From Paraspadella gotoi (taxonomy: Eukaryota; Animalia; Chaetognatha), in assembly GCA_051294375.1 (NCBI GenBank), contig CM119267.1, positions 4,269,453 through 4,333,452 of the forward strand: a stretch of 64,000 nt of DNA, read 5' to 3'. Below are positions 46,160-59,330 of the stretch, in pieces (position 1 is the first letter of the stretch; every line of letters begins with the position of its first letter). Below the pieces are notes generated by a model. The model was given only the letters and a program-made list of their open reading frames with translations, searched no databases and was not told where the DNA came from. The translations under genes and the position numbers were made by a program.

Positions 46160-47641
46160 ATGTCGCGTGCCGTTTTACGAGTCAAACGCCGTCGGGGCGA
46201 AGATCCCTGCGACGCCCTTTTAATCTCCTGTCGGCCGAAACGCGCCCGGGGCGCCGGCCAAGAACGCCGCACTGGCGGCGATTACGAAGGGTTCGCCGTC
46301 TCCGCGTCGGCGCCACCTCCCGACGTCGAAACCCGCGTGTTCCGTCTCGCGGCGACCGCCACCGGCTCCTCCGATCAGGCCAAGATGGTTAAAGAAATCC
46401 GGCAGACGGGAAAGGTCTTGCGGCCGGGCTTAGTCAAAGGCGGCGTCGCGCCGAAAACCGGACACGCCCTCGCGGCGCCGCCCGTTGACCCCGGATACAA
46501 CGCCGTTTTGCGAAAGCGCGTCCTCGGCAAAGAGGCCGAGGCGGATGTGTTCGACGTGGTGAGGAAAGAGGCGAAGGTAGAGGATGACCTCGACGATGAA
46601 TTCGCGTTGGAAACGCAGAAGGACGAGGAAGCAATCGCTTGCAACGACGAACCACTGATGGTGGAAAGAGTCGATGAGTCAGAGGAAGGAGTCATCTTTG
46701 ATCTTTACCTCGCCGCCGCCGGGCTGGGGGGAAAGGATAACGATCTCAATCTCTCCTTTCTCGATAACTATCTGGACGTGAAGCCGTATAGGTAAGAGGG
46801 CGGATTGGTAGGACCCCCTACTAGGACGGCTTGGAGCTAGTTTAATATCAATTAACTTCGCTTAACTGTCTCGCTTTGTCTCTTCAGCGGCGACTCATTG
46901 GACGCTTTGGAGAATTACGGCGTCGTGGAACCGGCGTCGATGCTGGAGAGAGGCTTTCTCGGCGTCGAGGACGAAGACTCTAACGACGAAGACAATTGGC
47001 GGAATGGTGAGATGGAATAATTGCAATCAAATGATTCGAAGTTTTTTTGTTTTTTTTTCCACGTCTACAAATTTAACCGCAGATTACCCCGATTCCGATC
47101 CGGAGGAAAAGTTTAACCAAGAAGAGCGGGACTACGACGAATGCGGCTTCATTCGCGACGAAGACGAAGAAGACGCCCCGCACGACGATGTCGCCTCACC
47201 CGCCGGGCAACGCGACACCCACCTGGCGGAACTCTTGCGAAGCAGAATGAAGTTGAGGGGAAATATTCTTTACCAGGGTGACGAGGACGTCGAGGACGAT
47301 TCCGGAAATTCGGGTGAGATCAGTGGTGAGGATGGTCGGATGAGAAGGATGCGCTTGGGTGCTTGATTTGGAGGTGGAGGTTCACCATTTTTCAATCTTC
47401 CATCTTTATCTCAGATTCGCGAGAAAGCGACGCATACGTCGCTTACAAGAAACGGACCCTCGCGTCGTTCGCTTCTCGTAGTCGCCGCCGCCGCAACGAC
47501 GACGACGATGACGATGAGGAAGAAGACGTTTTGGCCGACGGAGACGAAGAAGTGTACAACGACGTCGCCTACGACGACGAGTTCGACGGCGGCAGCGCCG
47601 GCGGCAGCGGCAGCGACAGCTTCGATTTTTACGACGGATGA
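46160..47641 (+). CDS. SLC7A6OS: Probable RNA polymerase II nuclear localisation protein SLC7A6OS (Iwr1 family)
   Basis: N-terminal AVLRVKRRRGEDPCDALLISC, IACNDEPLM, FDLY, the Iwr1 motif EDEDSNDEDNWRN|DYPD, and an acidic tail. AATAAA at 47764. Confidence 0.9.
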
Positions 47642-47916
47642 AATGGGAAAAAAAACAATGCCACTCATTTGCGAGATTTTATTACTCGTTTTGCCTTACT
47701 GTTTGTTTGTTGGTTTTTATCAAACTCCCCGTTTGTTAGTTTCGACTAAATAATTACATAGGAAATAAAATTGGTGTTTTTTTTTTATTTATTGAATATC
47801 GATATTTGCGCCGTTTTCATTCACCTTATATTGAATTGTGTAGCATTGTGAAAATATATTTGCGTGTATAAAAATATATTGACTGGCAAAAGCTTGAAGA
47901 CTTTAAAAGAAAATGG

Positions 47917-50900
47917 ATGACAGACGTACACACGGAGATGGCTTCGAGTAGCGATCGAGCTATTGGTAAGTAATGAAGAAATGAAGATATGTCAATTTTT
48001 GCATAATTTCGCAAAACCTCGGCCCCAGGTAATCCCGGCTCGGGAAGCGACCGCGCCGACGCTGCCGTCACACCCTCCGCTCAGTTCCTGGCTGCGGCGG
48101 CTCTCGACTTAGACTTGGAAATGGCGGCGGCGGCGGCCGGCGGCGGTATATCGCCGGACTCGGATCAAGAGCCGGATCCACCGGAAATTGCCGCCGTCAT
48201 CAATCGGGTCTTCAACGCCGGAAAAGGCCCAAGACTTATTTCTTCCTCGGACGCTCCCCACTCTTCGATCCCGCAACCCGCTCCGCCCTCCCTGCCCGCC
48301 CCTTCCCCCGCCCGCCCGTCGTTGACCCACCTCGACAAGCCGCTGCGTCTGGCCAACGTTTCCAAAAAGCTCGACGATTTGCTGCGCGACGTCGAAGACG
48401 ACGACGAGGCGACCCCGCCCTCCCGCTCATCCGGCGATCGATTGGGCCCGAATCGGGTGACTTTTGACTCGGCCTCTCGCGTCGGCAACGTCGTCATCGA
48501 CAACGACCAACTCGGCGTCACGTCGCAGAGCAACTTCTCCACCGTCCGCGCCAACGCCTGCGTATTCTCCGGAAAATGGGTTTACGAGCTCATGCTCGGT
48601 TCCAAGGGCGTCATGCAGGTCGGCTGGTGCACCGTCGACTGCAAGTTTTCGGGGGAAGAGGGCGTTGGTGACACGCCCGCCTCCTACGCTTACGACGGGA
48701 ACCGATTGAGAAAGTGGAACGTCAACATGTCTAAATACGGAGAACCCTGGTTGACGGGAGACGTCATCAGCTGCGCCATAGATTGCGACGAGGTTAGCTG
48801 CGTTTTTTGAGATTTATCACTTATCGGAGAAGCTAAAATGAAATCGTTGCATTTACTTATTTTTTTACTCAGGGAACAATCAGCTTTTGTCACAACGGTA
48901 AAAACATGGGCTGCGCCTTCGACAATGTTCGGCTGGGTCCTGGCATTGCTTATTTTCCTGGTTAGTTTAGTTTACTCAAGTTTAGTTTCGTTTTGAACTA
49001 ATTAAATTATACTTATTTACGCCTATTTCTACTCCATTTAGCTCTTAGCCTCTCCTTCAACGAGAACGTGCGCATCAATTTCGGCGCCACTCCGCTCCGC
49101 TTTCCGCTAGAGGGTTACGCCCCTTTGCAAGCGCCGCCGGCGGCCGATCTCCGCCGCGCTCGTCTGCTGACGTCCATCTTGGAGAGGCTCGTCGAAGACT
49201 ACAGCGAAGCCATCGTCGAGGAGAGTCAACAGGTGTGGAAGCAGCGCGTCGCCGACCAAAGAACCGCTAGCGTCGCTGCAGCCACTGGTGGAAACCCGAC
49301 GACTGTCAAGGTCAAGAATTCGTTGCTTCTTTTATTGCTGCTACTGGAAAAATAAAACAACTAAAACTGGTTCAAACTTTTTCTTTACAGACGGCGCGTC
49401 TCTCTCGAAAGGCCGTATGTATTCTTTTGGGATTGCATATCTTCGATAAGCTTTCTCCTCTTCTCAAATCGTCTTTCATAACCGGTATGAATTGGCATTG
49501 GTTGTGTAACATTGCAACATACGATTTCCAACTGGACGAGGACCAATGCCTATTGTCTGATCATTGCAGAATCTTGCTTGGTGAAACTCTTGATGCGCCT
49601 GTGCGACGGAACCTCCGCGGCCAAACTTAATTCGGAAAATCAAGGCAGTTCGCAGAATAAGAATTCGCCGCAGGAGCAGCAGCAGCATACGACGCCTGAG
49701 CATTCGCAGCGACCGCATCAGCGTCTCCACGCCTTGCTCGATTTGACATGGACGGTAATGGACGCCAATCAAGCCGAATCCGCGTTCGAGAACGTCTTCG
49801 TTTCTCTGCTCACATCCTACAGGTTTTTTACCACTCCTTAAATTATTTTTTTAACTTAATGTTATAATATAATTCAAATTGTAAATATTTTCATTAAGCT
49901 TGAAGCTTCCCTAGACTTTATGTTAAAGTAAGCTTGCATACATAAATAAAAAAAAGTCTGACATTAACTTTCGAATATTGGGTTTTTGGTTTATCTTTAG
50001 CTCACGTTTTCCTTGAGCGAGTGAATAGTGCAGAACCAGAAAGAAGAAAAGGCGAAGTAGGAAAATTTTATAGAGGCTTGTCTCTAGTGTCTGGACTTTC
50101 AACCAGTTTATATCTTTTTTTGATTAAAATTAAAAAAATTTAAGCATCCCCGGTTGAAAGTTTAATCTATATTTTTAAGCGCCCCTCTCTCTTCCTCTCT
50201 CTCTCTTTAGATTTTCACCGACGAACGACGAGTTTAAAAACCAGCACGTTTACCTTCGTCTCACTCTCGCCATTCTCAAACACGAAACGACGAGAAAATT
50301 TCTCATCAAAAAAGTTTTGTTCGACAAAATCAAATTTCCCATCTTCATGCACGTCAAGGTGAAACATATTGAAAGTTTCGGTCATTGATCGGTCGGTCGG
50401 TCTTGTTTATTTCCTTTTTTTTTTTACCCTTAGCCTCCTGACGATGCAACTTTGGCGGATATGGTGCCGGAGGTGTGGTGGCCGGCGTCGTCGGGATGGA
50501 AAGACGGTGCCGGTCGAGAGCCGCGGGACGAAGATGAGCGACGCCGTCGGGAGGCGTACGACGCCGCCGTCGAGGCTCTCAAAGCCAAGATTAAGGTTGA
50601 GATAATATGTCATTAATTATATGTAGATTAACGAATTTCACGTCAGTAATTATATTTAGATTAATGAATTTCACAATTGTAAATTCACGTGTTGTCTAAA
50701 CCTTTCATTTCAGGTATTGGAAGACACACAGACGGAGATTCTAACCACGCTTCTCACGGATTCTGACACCGACGGCGCCACCGGGTGAGTCTATCTCACT
50801 TTGCTTCTCTCCAGTTTAGAAATTATCACTTCTCCCTTCTCACTTCTCAGTTCCACCGTCTCGTCCCAATACGTTTTCCTTTACAAACTCCGCGAATTCA

Positions 50901-52546
50901 TCCGAGAAAATTTGGCGGGAAGTCGCCTCTTGCAGTTTCAGCTTTGCCCGCTGCCCGTCATCCTTTGCTTCTTTCATCGCCTCATCGCGGGTAAGTGTTC
51001 ACGAAGACGAGCCTCCCCTTAAACCTCCTCTTAAACCCTTACCCCTTCAATGAATTCAGCGGCGAAGCGTCTCTGGGTGGAGCCTTTTCCCGGGGGCGCC
51101 GGTTCAGTCGAAGTCGCCGGCGCTTCCGCGTCCGGCGCCGCTCGGTCCCCGGATCGCGTCCCCTTCGAAGAGGCCTTCGTCCCCCTGTCCAAGTTCTTCG
51201 ACGATTCCCTCCAACTCTTCGAGACTCAGCGTCTCGGCGGACTCGAATCGCATCTCAAGAAGACGCTCAAAACCGAGATTCAGACAGCGCTGTGAGTGGA
51301 GACTGGAGAGAGAATTGAATTGTATTGAACCACCTTGTGCCCCTAAATGCTAAAAGCTAAACAGAATCAAATGAATAATCGGGTGAGTTTTTTTTTTTAT
51401 CTTTAACCGTAAACATGGTTCGTGGAACCTTTTCAAAAGGCAGTTCAAATAATTTTTATTTTCCTAAATGACGTTGGTGGAGAGAGGGATAGGTAGAGAA
51501 TCTTCGATGAATGGATTTGAATTTTCCGACTCTATTTATGGATATTGTAAATTGGTTTTAATCCGTGTCAATCGCTTACTCTTCCCTAGGGGTTCCAGCC
51601 AAAGTCACGGGCTGACTTCAAACTTTCCATTTTTGTTGGCGAAACTGTTGAAGCAAGATATTCACACCGATGGCGGAAGCGGTGGAGACAAGACGCCAGA
51701 TCACGGCAATGGCAAGCGAAAGGACCATCATAGGTAGGGCGCTGCGTTTTCGTTTACAATTATCTTCACTTGTCTTCACCTATTTTTTCCTCTGAATTTC
51801 AGCGGCGCGGCTAAGCACAAAATGCCGGAGGCTTTAATCGAACTCGTCGACGACATCATACTGATGTACCACGTCGGCGCCCACAAGCAGCTGCGCAAGA
51901 TGAGCACCTTGCGCGAGAACATGCAGGTGATTGAAGACATTGAAGATTCATTTTTGCTTTTTCGTGTTCATTCATGGCTTGATATTTTCGCCCACAGAGT
52001 TACGTTCAAAACTTGGAAGAGAGCGAGACTAAGTTGGCCAACTGTCCGCCGGAAGCAACGCAAGTCATGGCGGAATTAGAGAGAGCCAGAAAAGTGAGGA
52101 ACAATCTTTATTTTTCGCTCCAATTCAGTTTTTTTAAATTTTATTGTTTTATTGAAAAAGGTTTTCGAGAAGAAGGTTCGAGAACAGGCCCGCCACATGG
52201 CCTGGGTCTCGGCCGTGGTCTACTTCGACGAGCGCCAGAGGGACGTCGCTTGGCTCATGAACGTCATCCTGGGGACGTTCGAGAACGCGTCGGGCGTCGG
52301 CCGCCGATGCTCCGAAGACGACGACGACGAGGACGACGAGGACGCGGACTCGGTCGCGCCACCCGGCGGCGGAGATCCTCTCCTCGCCTTCATCCCCGAT
52401 TACTACGTCGAGGTCATCATCAACGCTTATTACGCGCTCAAGAACTTCTTTCATCCCACCGTCCCTTATACGCAGTGCCCGCGGTGGAAGGAGGTGAGAC
52501 AGAGATAAAATGATTTGGGGAAATTTTCTAATTGTAATCATTGCTT

Positions 52547-52615
<69 letters not shown>

Positions 52616-54799
52616 CCAGTTGTTTGGTGCGATTCGCCGAGTTTCTGAGTGACTACTTCCGAGATCCCCGCATCGTTCACTCGGATTCGCGTGATTCCCT
52701 GATTCAGGCTCTGGCCTGTTTTGTCTGTTATCCTCATTCGTTGGAGGCGAGTTTTTTTCCTTTTTTCTTTGTTTTATAGCTCGATTTATAGTAGTTTACT
52801 TATGCTTCTCCCAATTTTTATCAGGCGTTGGAATCGATGCCTCGGCGGAAAAAGCTGATGATGGCGGCGCATTTGATTTCCCCTTATGAGAATCGATCTT
52901 GGGCTCAGACCAACTGGATTCTCGTTCGGCTTTGGAAAGGATGCGGTTTCGGATTCAGGTTTTGCTACTTTATTTCCCCCCCCCCCATTCTACGATAGAT
53001 TTTTCAACAAATCGAATCAATCGATCAAACTCTCTCCCACTTTCCCAGATACACCCAATTGCCACACTTTGCCGGCCGCAAGGATGCGCCGCCGGACATC
53101 GCCTCGGCGGGCATGCAGAAGCCCTGTCCCTCTAGCGTTTTTCAGAGCCACGTCAAGGAGTTGTTGGAGCGCGACGAGAAGAAGGCCGTCGCCTTTCTCA
53201 ACTCGATCCTCAACCAATTGAATTGGGCCTTTTCAGAGTTCATCGGGATGCTGCAGGAAATTCAGCAAATCGCCGGCAGGCAAGCGGACCACGCTGCAAA
53301 GATTGATATTGTTTTTTATTCTATAGTTTTTTTTAATTCTTATTTTTCTATCCCCGCGCAGACCCGAGCGTAATTTCGTAGACAGTCGGCAGCTGAAGAT
53401 CGCGGCGACCTGTTTCGATCTCACCGTCGGCCTCCTTCGAGTCCTCGAGATGATCGTCCACTTGTGCCCTCAACTCTTTCTCGACTGGGACGGACACTCT
53501 TCTTCGGAATCGCTTTTGCTCAGGTTTTCCACAAGGGCTCAATTTGTTTCATCTTTTGAGTAGAAATATACTTTGTTTTATTCTTTGTCAGACTTTGTCA
53601 GTTGATCTCGCAGCTTTTGAGCCGCATTACGACGAAAACCTCCCTCTTCGACACGGTGGTCGCCTTTCAACTCCCTGGCATGGTGAGTCCTCCCCACCTT
53701 GCGAGTTCTCTTTCAAAGCACTCCCTTCGTGAGATCACTTTTTCGATTCGCAGGAGTCGGTGGATCACTACCCTATCCTCACGGCGGTGACAGGAATCTT
53801 GGTGGAGCTGATCAGTCGCGGCTCCAACGAGTCTAGAGACTGTGCCACCGAGGTGCTCGTCAAGGATCCCTCCTTTAACGTATCCGCCATTCAATTCCTG
53901 CTGGAGGAAGAGGCGGCGAAAGGTAAGGCGTTGAAGGAAGGTCGGAAGTAGGGTAGGGAAAAAACTTTTCATCGGTTTGTTCTGTAAAAAATAAATATAT
54001 TGCTGTTCCAGATTCTTCCTCTCAAGCTGTCAAATCGCCGACTTTTAGCGCTCCGGGTAAGCGAGTTTTATTAATTAGACTTGGAAATACAATAAGAATG
54101 GTTACCCTGATTATACATGACATCTGCTACATAATCAATGAATATTATTATAAAATTGAATGAAAATCGGTAAATATAATACTCTTTCCTCTTACGCTTT
54201 CAAAGCCGTGAGCGAGGCCGCTGGCGGCGCCTCTCGTCGGAGCAACCCTTCCATACAGTCTCCCCTTAGTCTTCGTCCGAGAAAGAAGAAATTCTCCTTT
54301 CTCGATTACCCCGAACACATCGCCCCTTCGGAGATACAGGCGAGAGAGCGAGAGAGAGAGCTTTTGTTTGTTAACTTCATCTAGGAAGTCTTTTGTTTGC
54401 TCTCTAGCTACGATTTTCCAAGACTAATTTCAACTCGTTTTCGTTCAGGAGACGGAGTTCCTGGTGGCGCACCTTTCGGAAGCCACCAACGAATCGCGAT
54501 CCAAGTCGGCTGCGCCCAACGACGAAGACCTCTGTCCGATCTGCTGCTCCAACGCCATCAACGTCCAGTTCCGACCGTGCAAGTAAATCGCGCGTAACGC
54601 CGTCACTTGACACCCTCCCTCCCCTTCCACTCTTTTTAAAACACTTTTCCTCCTCAGACATCGCTCCTGCAAGGCTTGCATCATGCACCATCTCATGAAC
54701 AACAAGGAGTGTTTCTTCTGCAAAGCGACCGTCACTGGATACGAATACGTGGCCTGTCACGGACTCGACGACAACCTTGATCTTTTGAGTCGGATATGA
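47917..54799 (+). CDS. RNF123: E3 ubiquitin ligase RNF123 (KPC1): SPRY domain plus C-terminal RING
   Basis: SPRY ([20 protein letters not shown]...GVMQVGW...GVGDT...SYAYDGNR), [48 protein letters not shown], and RING (EDLCPICC...[25 protein letters not shown]). Stop TGA at 54797-54799. Confidence 0.95.
52547..52612. repeat. (CT)n microsatellite at the 3' end of an RNF123 intron
   Basis: Perfect TC run just upstream of the acceptor CAG. Confidence 0.95.
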
Positions 54800-55267
54800 A
54801 TCGATCATGATTCTATGAACAAAATAAAAAACAATTTTAATATTATTATTATTTTCAATTTTTCTGTGCAATTCGCCCGTTTAATCTTTTAATGTCGAAA
54901 CTCAACCTAGTCATTATTATATTCGGCGGGATGTGTAAGCGTTGTCTCCTCGTGTTTTTCATTATTTCTACGTTTAATTTGTTGTTTATAAACCAAACCT
55001 GCCCACATTCCAGCTGTTTCAAAAAAAAAAAAAAAACCCAAAAAGCAAAACAAAAAAAAATATTTTCTACTGATTCGTGGCAGAAATCCCATATAATTAT
55101 TAACACCGAGATACCAAGTTTTAACAACGCGCAATGCTTAACGTGTTTTTGTTATCTAAATTTAATTAAGGCTATTTACTTTTTTAACTATTTTGTCAGT
55201 TTTTGTATCGCATTTCACTTTATTCCTTTTTACCGGGAAAGAAAACGCTTTGAGGGGAGATTTTGAC

Positions 55268-58200
55268 ATGGATCACAACACACTAAAATTCGCTCTTTTG
55301 GCGACCCAAGTTGAAGGTTAATAAATATTTTATTAGAAAAATCAATTAGTATTGCCTAACCCGAGTTCATTTTGCAAATCGGTTATCTAAATATAATTTT
55401 TAAAACCGGAATAACCATGGAATCAAAATTGCATCGGATATGTAATATAATAACGTACTGTACAGATACAGTCTGTTTGAAAATGTTTAATAATCATCCT
55501 CAAAACGCCGAAGGAGCCGTCCGGGCAACAAACTTAATATAATTACATACTAAATTAACTTTTCGGTTTATCATCATTTTTTTTCGATCCTTTATCATTT
55601 CAAGTTTCATTTTTTTGTTTGTTTTTTTTTGTCTCTGGCAGCGAGAATGAAATTGTATTTAGTGCTTCGATTTGCAAAGACGGTAGTCAAGTATAAGACA
55701 AGTATATTAAGATTTCATGGTTACTCTGTGACATTAAATAAAAAAATATGATCTGATCTGTCTTTTCTCCCTCGCCGTTCCTTCGTCCCGCTAGCAAAAA
55801 AAAAATGTCTGGACTCTCATAACCCTTTTTTCTGTTTAGGAAAATGTTTCGGTGAAAACCGAAACAATGAATATCGCGAGAAACGGCCACAAAGAAACGA
55901 AGAAAAACAAATCTCCTAAAATCATGCATCGCCGATCTCGAAATTCGCTTCCCAACCAGTCCCCTCCCCACTCCGAAGACGCACCCTATCGTCCCCCCGC
56001 TTTCGCCCCCATTCTTTCAAAACCGGAAGTGCCTTCCTTCAGCGTTCCCGAAGCGTCCTTCGTCTCGGACGGCGTCTCGGCGCCGCGAAGTGACGCTGGC
56101 GGCTCCGTATTTCACGCTCAGGTTTTGCGAGATTCGTCCAATCCGCGGTTTGTGGGCGGAGACGATGATGCTGTCGTCAAGATGCTGAACGGCGCCGCGA
56201 TCGACGGGTGGACCGGCGTCGGAAATGTCGCCAGGCGATCGTCGACGGGTGACGCCAATCGTAAGTGGGAAGCGGCCAACGCATCGAAAACTCCACCTCG
56301 CATTTTTCAGCCAACATCTCAGCATTCGCCGCGCCATCCGCAGCCATCTTCCTCAAATGTTTTTTCTCAGTCGGATCCTTCGATGCCGCAACCTTCGCCT
56401 CGTCCCACGATCCGACCTCATCAGCGCTTTTCGCCCCATTCTCAAGCCCTTCCACAACCTCAGCAGCCTCTTCCGTATCCCCAGCCCCATCATCCATCTT
56501 CGCATCAAATTCTCCCTCAAACGATTTCAACAAGAAAGGCTGAGGAGAGAGTTTTGATTTCTTCCAACGATTCTTCGGACGCGAATCCTCGTTCCAATCA
56601 TCTCGTCTTCTCGTCGACTCCATCTTCGCTTTCTTCATCGTCCTCGAACGCATCCTCCAAGGAAAAATCGCGCGAAGATCCCTCCGTTCCATCGTCTGTC
56701 ATCTCTCCCGCAGCAGCGCAGTCGCAGTCGCAGCCTCCGCCGCAGCCGTCTCTTTTTTCCTCGTCCAAAACTCCGACCATCTTTTCTTCCAATTCGATTT
56801 CCCGTCACAACGTTAGCTCGTCTCCGTCCCATCCCGTCTTGAACGGCAGCGTCGTGAACGAAATGGACCCACGATCTTTCCGCAGTTCGAAACCTTCTTC
56901 CCCTTTTTCTCGATCTGCCGCTCCATCCGTGCAAACCGTATCGATCAATGGCCACGCGGCTTCGACTCCGATTTCGACATTCGGAGCCGTGCAGCTCGAT
57001 TCGTCTCCTTGCAACGGTTCGTCGACTCGAGACGAAGCCACTCAAGTAGAGAACGCACCCAAACTTGAAGCTTCTCGCCCAACAAGTTTCGGTCTGAACG
57101 ACGTTCACCCGGTCGTCATGGAAACTCTGAGAATGCACGAGGCCAATATCCATTTGCTGCAGCAGCAAGTAATGTTTCTGATGCAGCAACAACAGCAGCA
57201 ACAATCTAAATGCTGCTGCTACAGAAGAAACAGCGGCTGTTCGAGAGACATGGACGTTCCAACTGTTGCTAAAACGGGATCCAGAGACAGAGACTTCGAC
57301 GAAACTGGGATGCGACGTAAAAACGATACGTCACCGTCGTCACCCGTTGAAGTCTTTCCCGTCCCCTCCGCCATGTCCCGCATCCCGTCACGTCCTGCCT
57401 CTCAAATGTCCAATCCTGGTTCGCCCTCGCAAGGTTCTACTCGCTCCAACAATTCCGTTGGCGGAAGCCAACGATCAACAGCTTCTAATCCCCTGAATGT
57501 CGTATCTACCCCATCGGGTGAATGTCAACAACCGCTGCACGCAGCTTCGGCGTCTCACATTCTCCCCGCATTACCTGGCGACGGCGGAACCGTCGCCGCT
57601 TCGGCAGACGCCGTCATTTCCCCTTCTCAATCGGCGCCGACGGCGATCGAAGACTCGAGACGCAAAGAGGCGCCTCTCTCTCCTCCAAGCCGCTCTTCTC
57701 TCCCGCCCGAGACGACGACATCCACGACGGCGACTCCCCGCGACTCGGACTCAACCCACGGCGACTTCTCTCAACTTTCGAGCCCCAAATTCGGCGAGAG
57801 CGCCTCCGTCTTCGAGGGAGAATCGCCGGGAGATGCGGGGCGGCGGGTGGGGAATGCCGAGTCTGGGAAAGAAACTGGGTGGCGCGTCTTGAAGGAGCAA
57901 AGTCGATCGGGAAAGAGGGGAGAGGCGGAAGGAGAAAAGATTGGTACGAGATCAAGTTTCGGAGGTGTCAACGAGAATGTGCTAAGACGGGAATCGGGAG
58001 CGGCGGAGGCCCAAGCGATTAAGCCAGGTGCGTTTATAATTGCGTTGCAGCTAGTCTTTTGTTTCTCCTTTCTCTTCGCTTTTAATGTAAATTAACGTCT
58101 GCGCATCTCCGTTAATCAGTGGAGAGTGTCTATCGATCTGTTGTTTATCTTAATCGTTCCTCTCCCAGACTCTTTTCCCGAGGATTCGTCGGTGACAATG

Positions 58201-58720
58201 AAGAGTGCCTTCCTGCCGAAGATCAACTACGTGACGCTGATGTTGGGCGACGCCGACGTCAACTCCTCCGTCGAAGTCGACTCCCTCGCCCTTAAATATC
58301 TCAAGGTGGGTTCGAGCGACTGGGGTGGGGGGGGGGTCCGTTTCTTTGAGACTGCCAATTCCTTTTTTTTTTTTCGCATCGCAGGACGAAGAGTTGACGG
58401 AGCTGGCCGGACTTTCGCCTAGGGATTCGAAAAACTCCGGCGGTAACAGGCGATCGGCGTGCAAAAAGAACAACAACAACGACGACGACGATCTCGCCAA
58501 CAAAAACGTCAACAATTTCTCCTTCGCCACGAAAAAGTATTTGGAAAAATACGGACTTTTGGGAGAGAAATCCGTCAGTTTTTACGTCCGCGGAGACGAA
58601 GACGACGACGACGACGACGATAATGATAGCGATCGGCGGAGAGACTCTAACTCTTCTTTGTCGGAATCGAACAAAGTGCTCAATCTCGCCAGAATCCAGA
58701 ATCAACCCAAGTTGACATAA
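55268..58720 (+). CDS. STIL: Centriole duplication protein, STIL/Ana2/SAS-5-like (5' exons uncertain)
   Basis: A large Ser/Pro-rich exon (~55840-58027) carries a short coiled coil (VMETLRMHEANIHLLQQQVMFLM). STAN-like motif LPKINY...SLALKYL|DEELTEL...NFSFATKKYLEKYGLL, and terminal TIM-like VLNLARIQNQPKLT*. Confidence 0.85.
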
Positions 58721-59330
58721 GAGTTTTTCGTTTTTGACTCGTGACTTTCCTCTTCATTCTTCGCGGTTTTTATCGACCATATTCTTTAAAAAAAGCAATT
58801 TTATCTTTTTAACGTTTCAAGTTTTGTTATTTTTATTATTTACATACTGCCAATACGCTGGGATGGTTCTTTTTTTTAACTGCCAACCATTGCATTGTCT
58901 AGTTGATCCGTTCATATTTTAAATAAATTGTTGGTTTTTATTACAATTTTCACGAATTTGTCCGTGGTTTTTATTGATAGCCGAGTAGATAAAAGTGTGG
59001 ATTCTAAAAAAAGCAAAGCAAGCAATGTGAAATAATTCGTAATATATAAAATTCATTTCAAATGGCTTAATTTGGTGAGAATTCTTGAATGTAGGGTGCT
59101 ACCTCAGGAAGAGACATATAATAAAAGGTTATCGAATTCAAAGCGTCATCTATATCAAAGACGCGCCTAGGTTTTTTTGACTATATTGTGCTAAAAATGT
59201 TTGGTTGATATGACTTAATACGTACACACGTTAGTGATGTATCGGTTGTACCAATTTCATAGTTAAATCGCGAATATAAAACACCAAAATACGAACTAGG
59301 TTGTTGCTCATTGCCCAAGTTTGATTTGAT

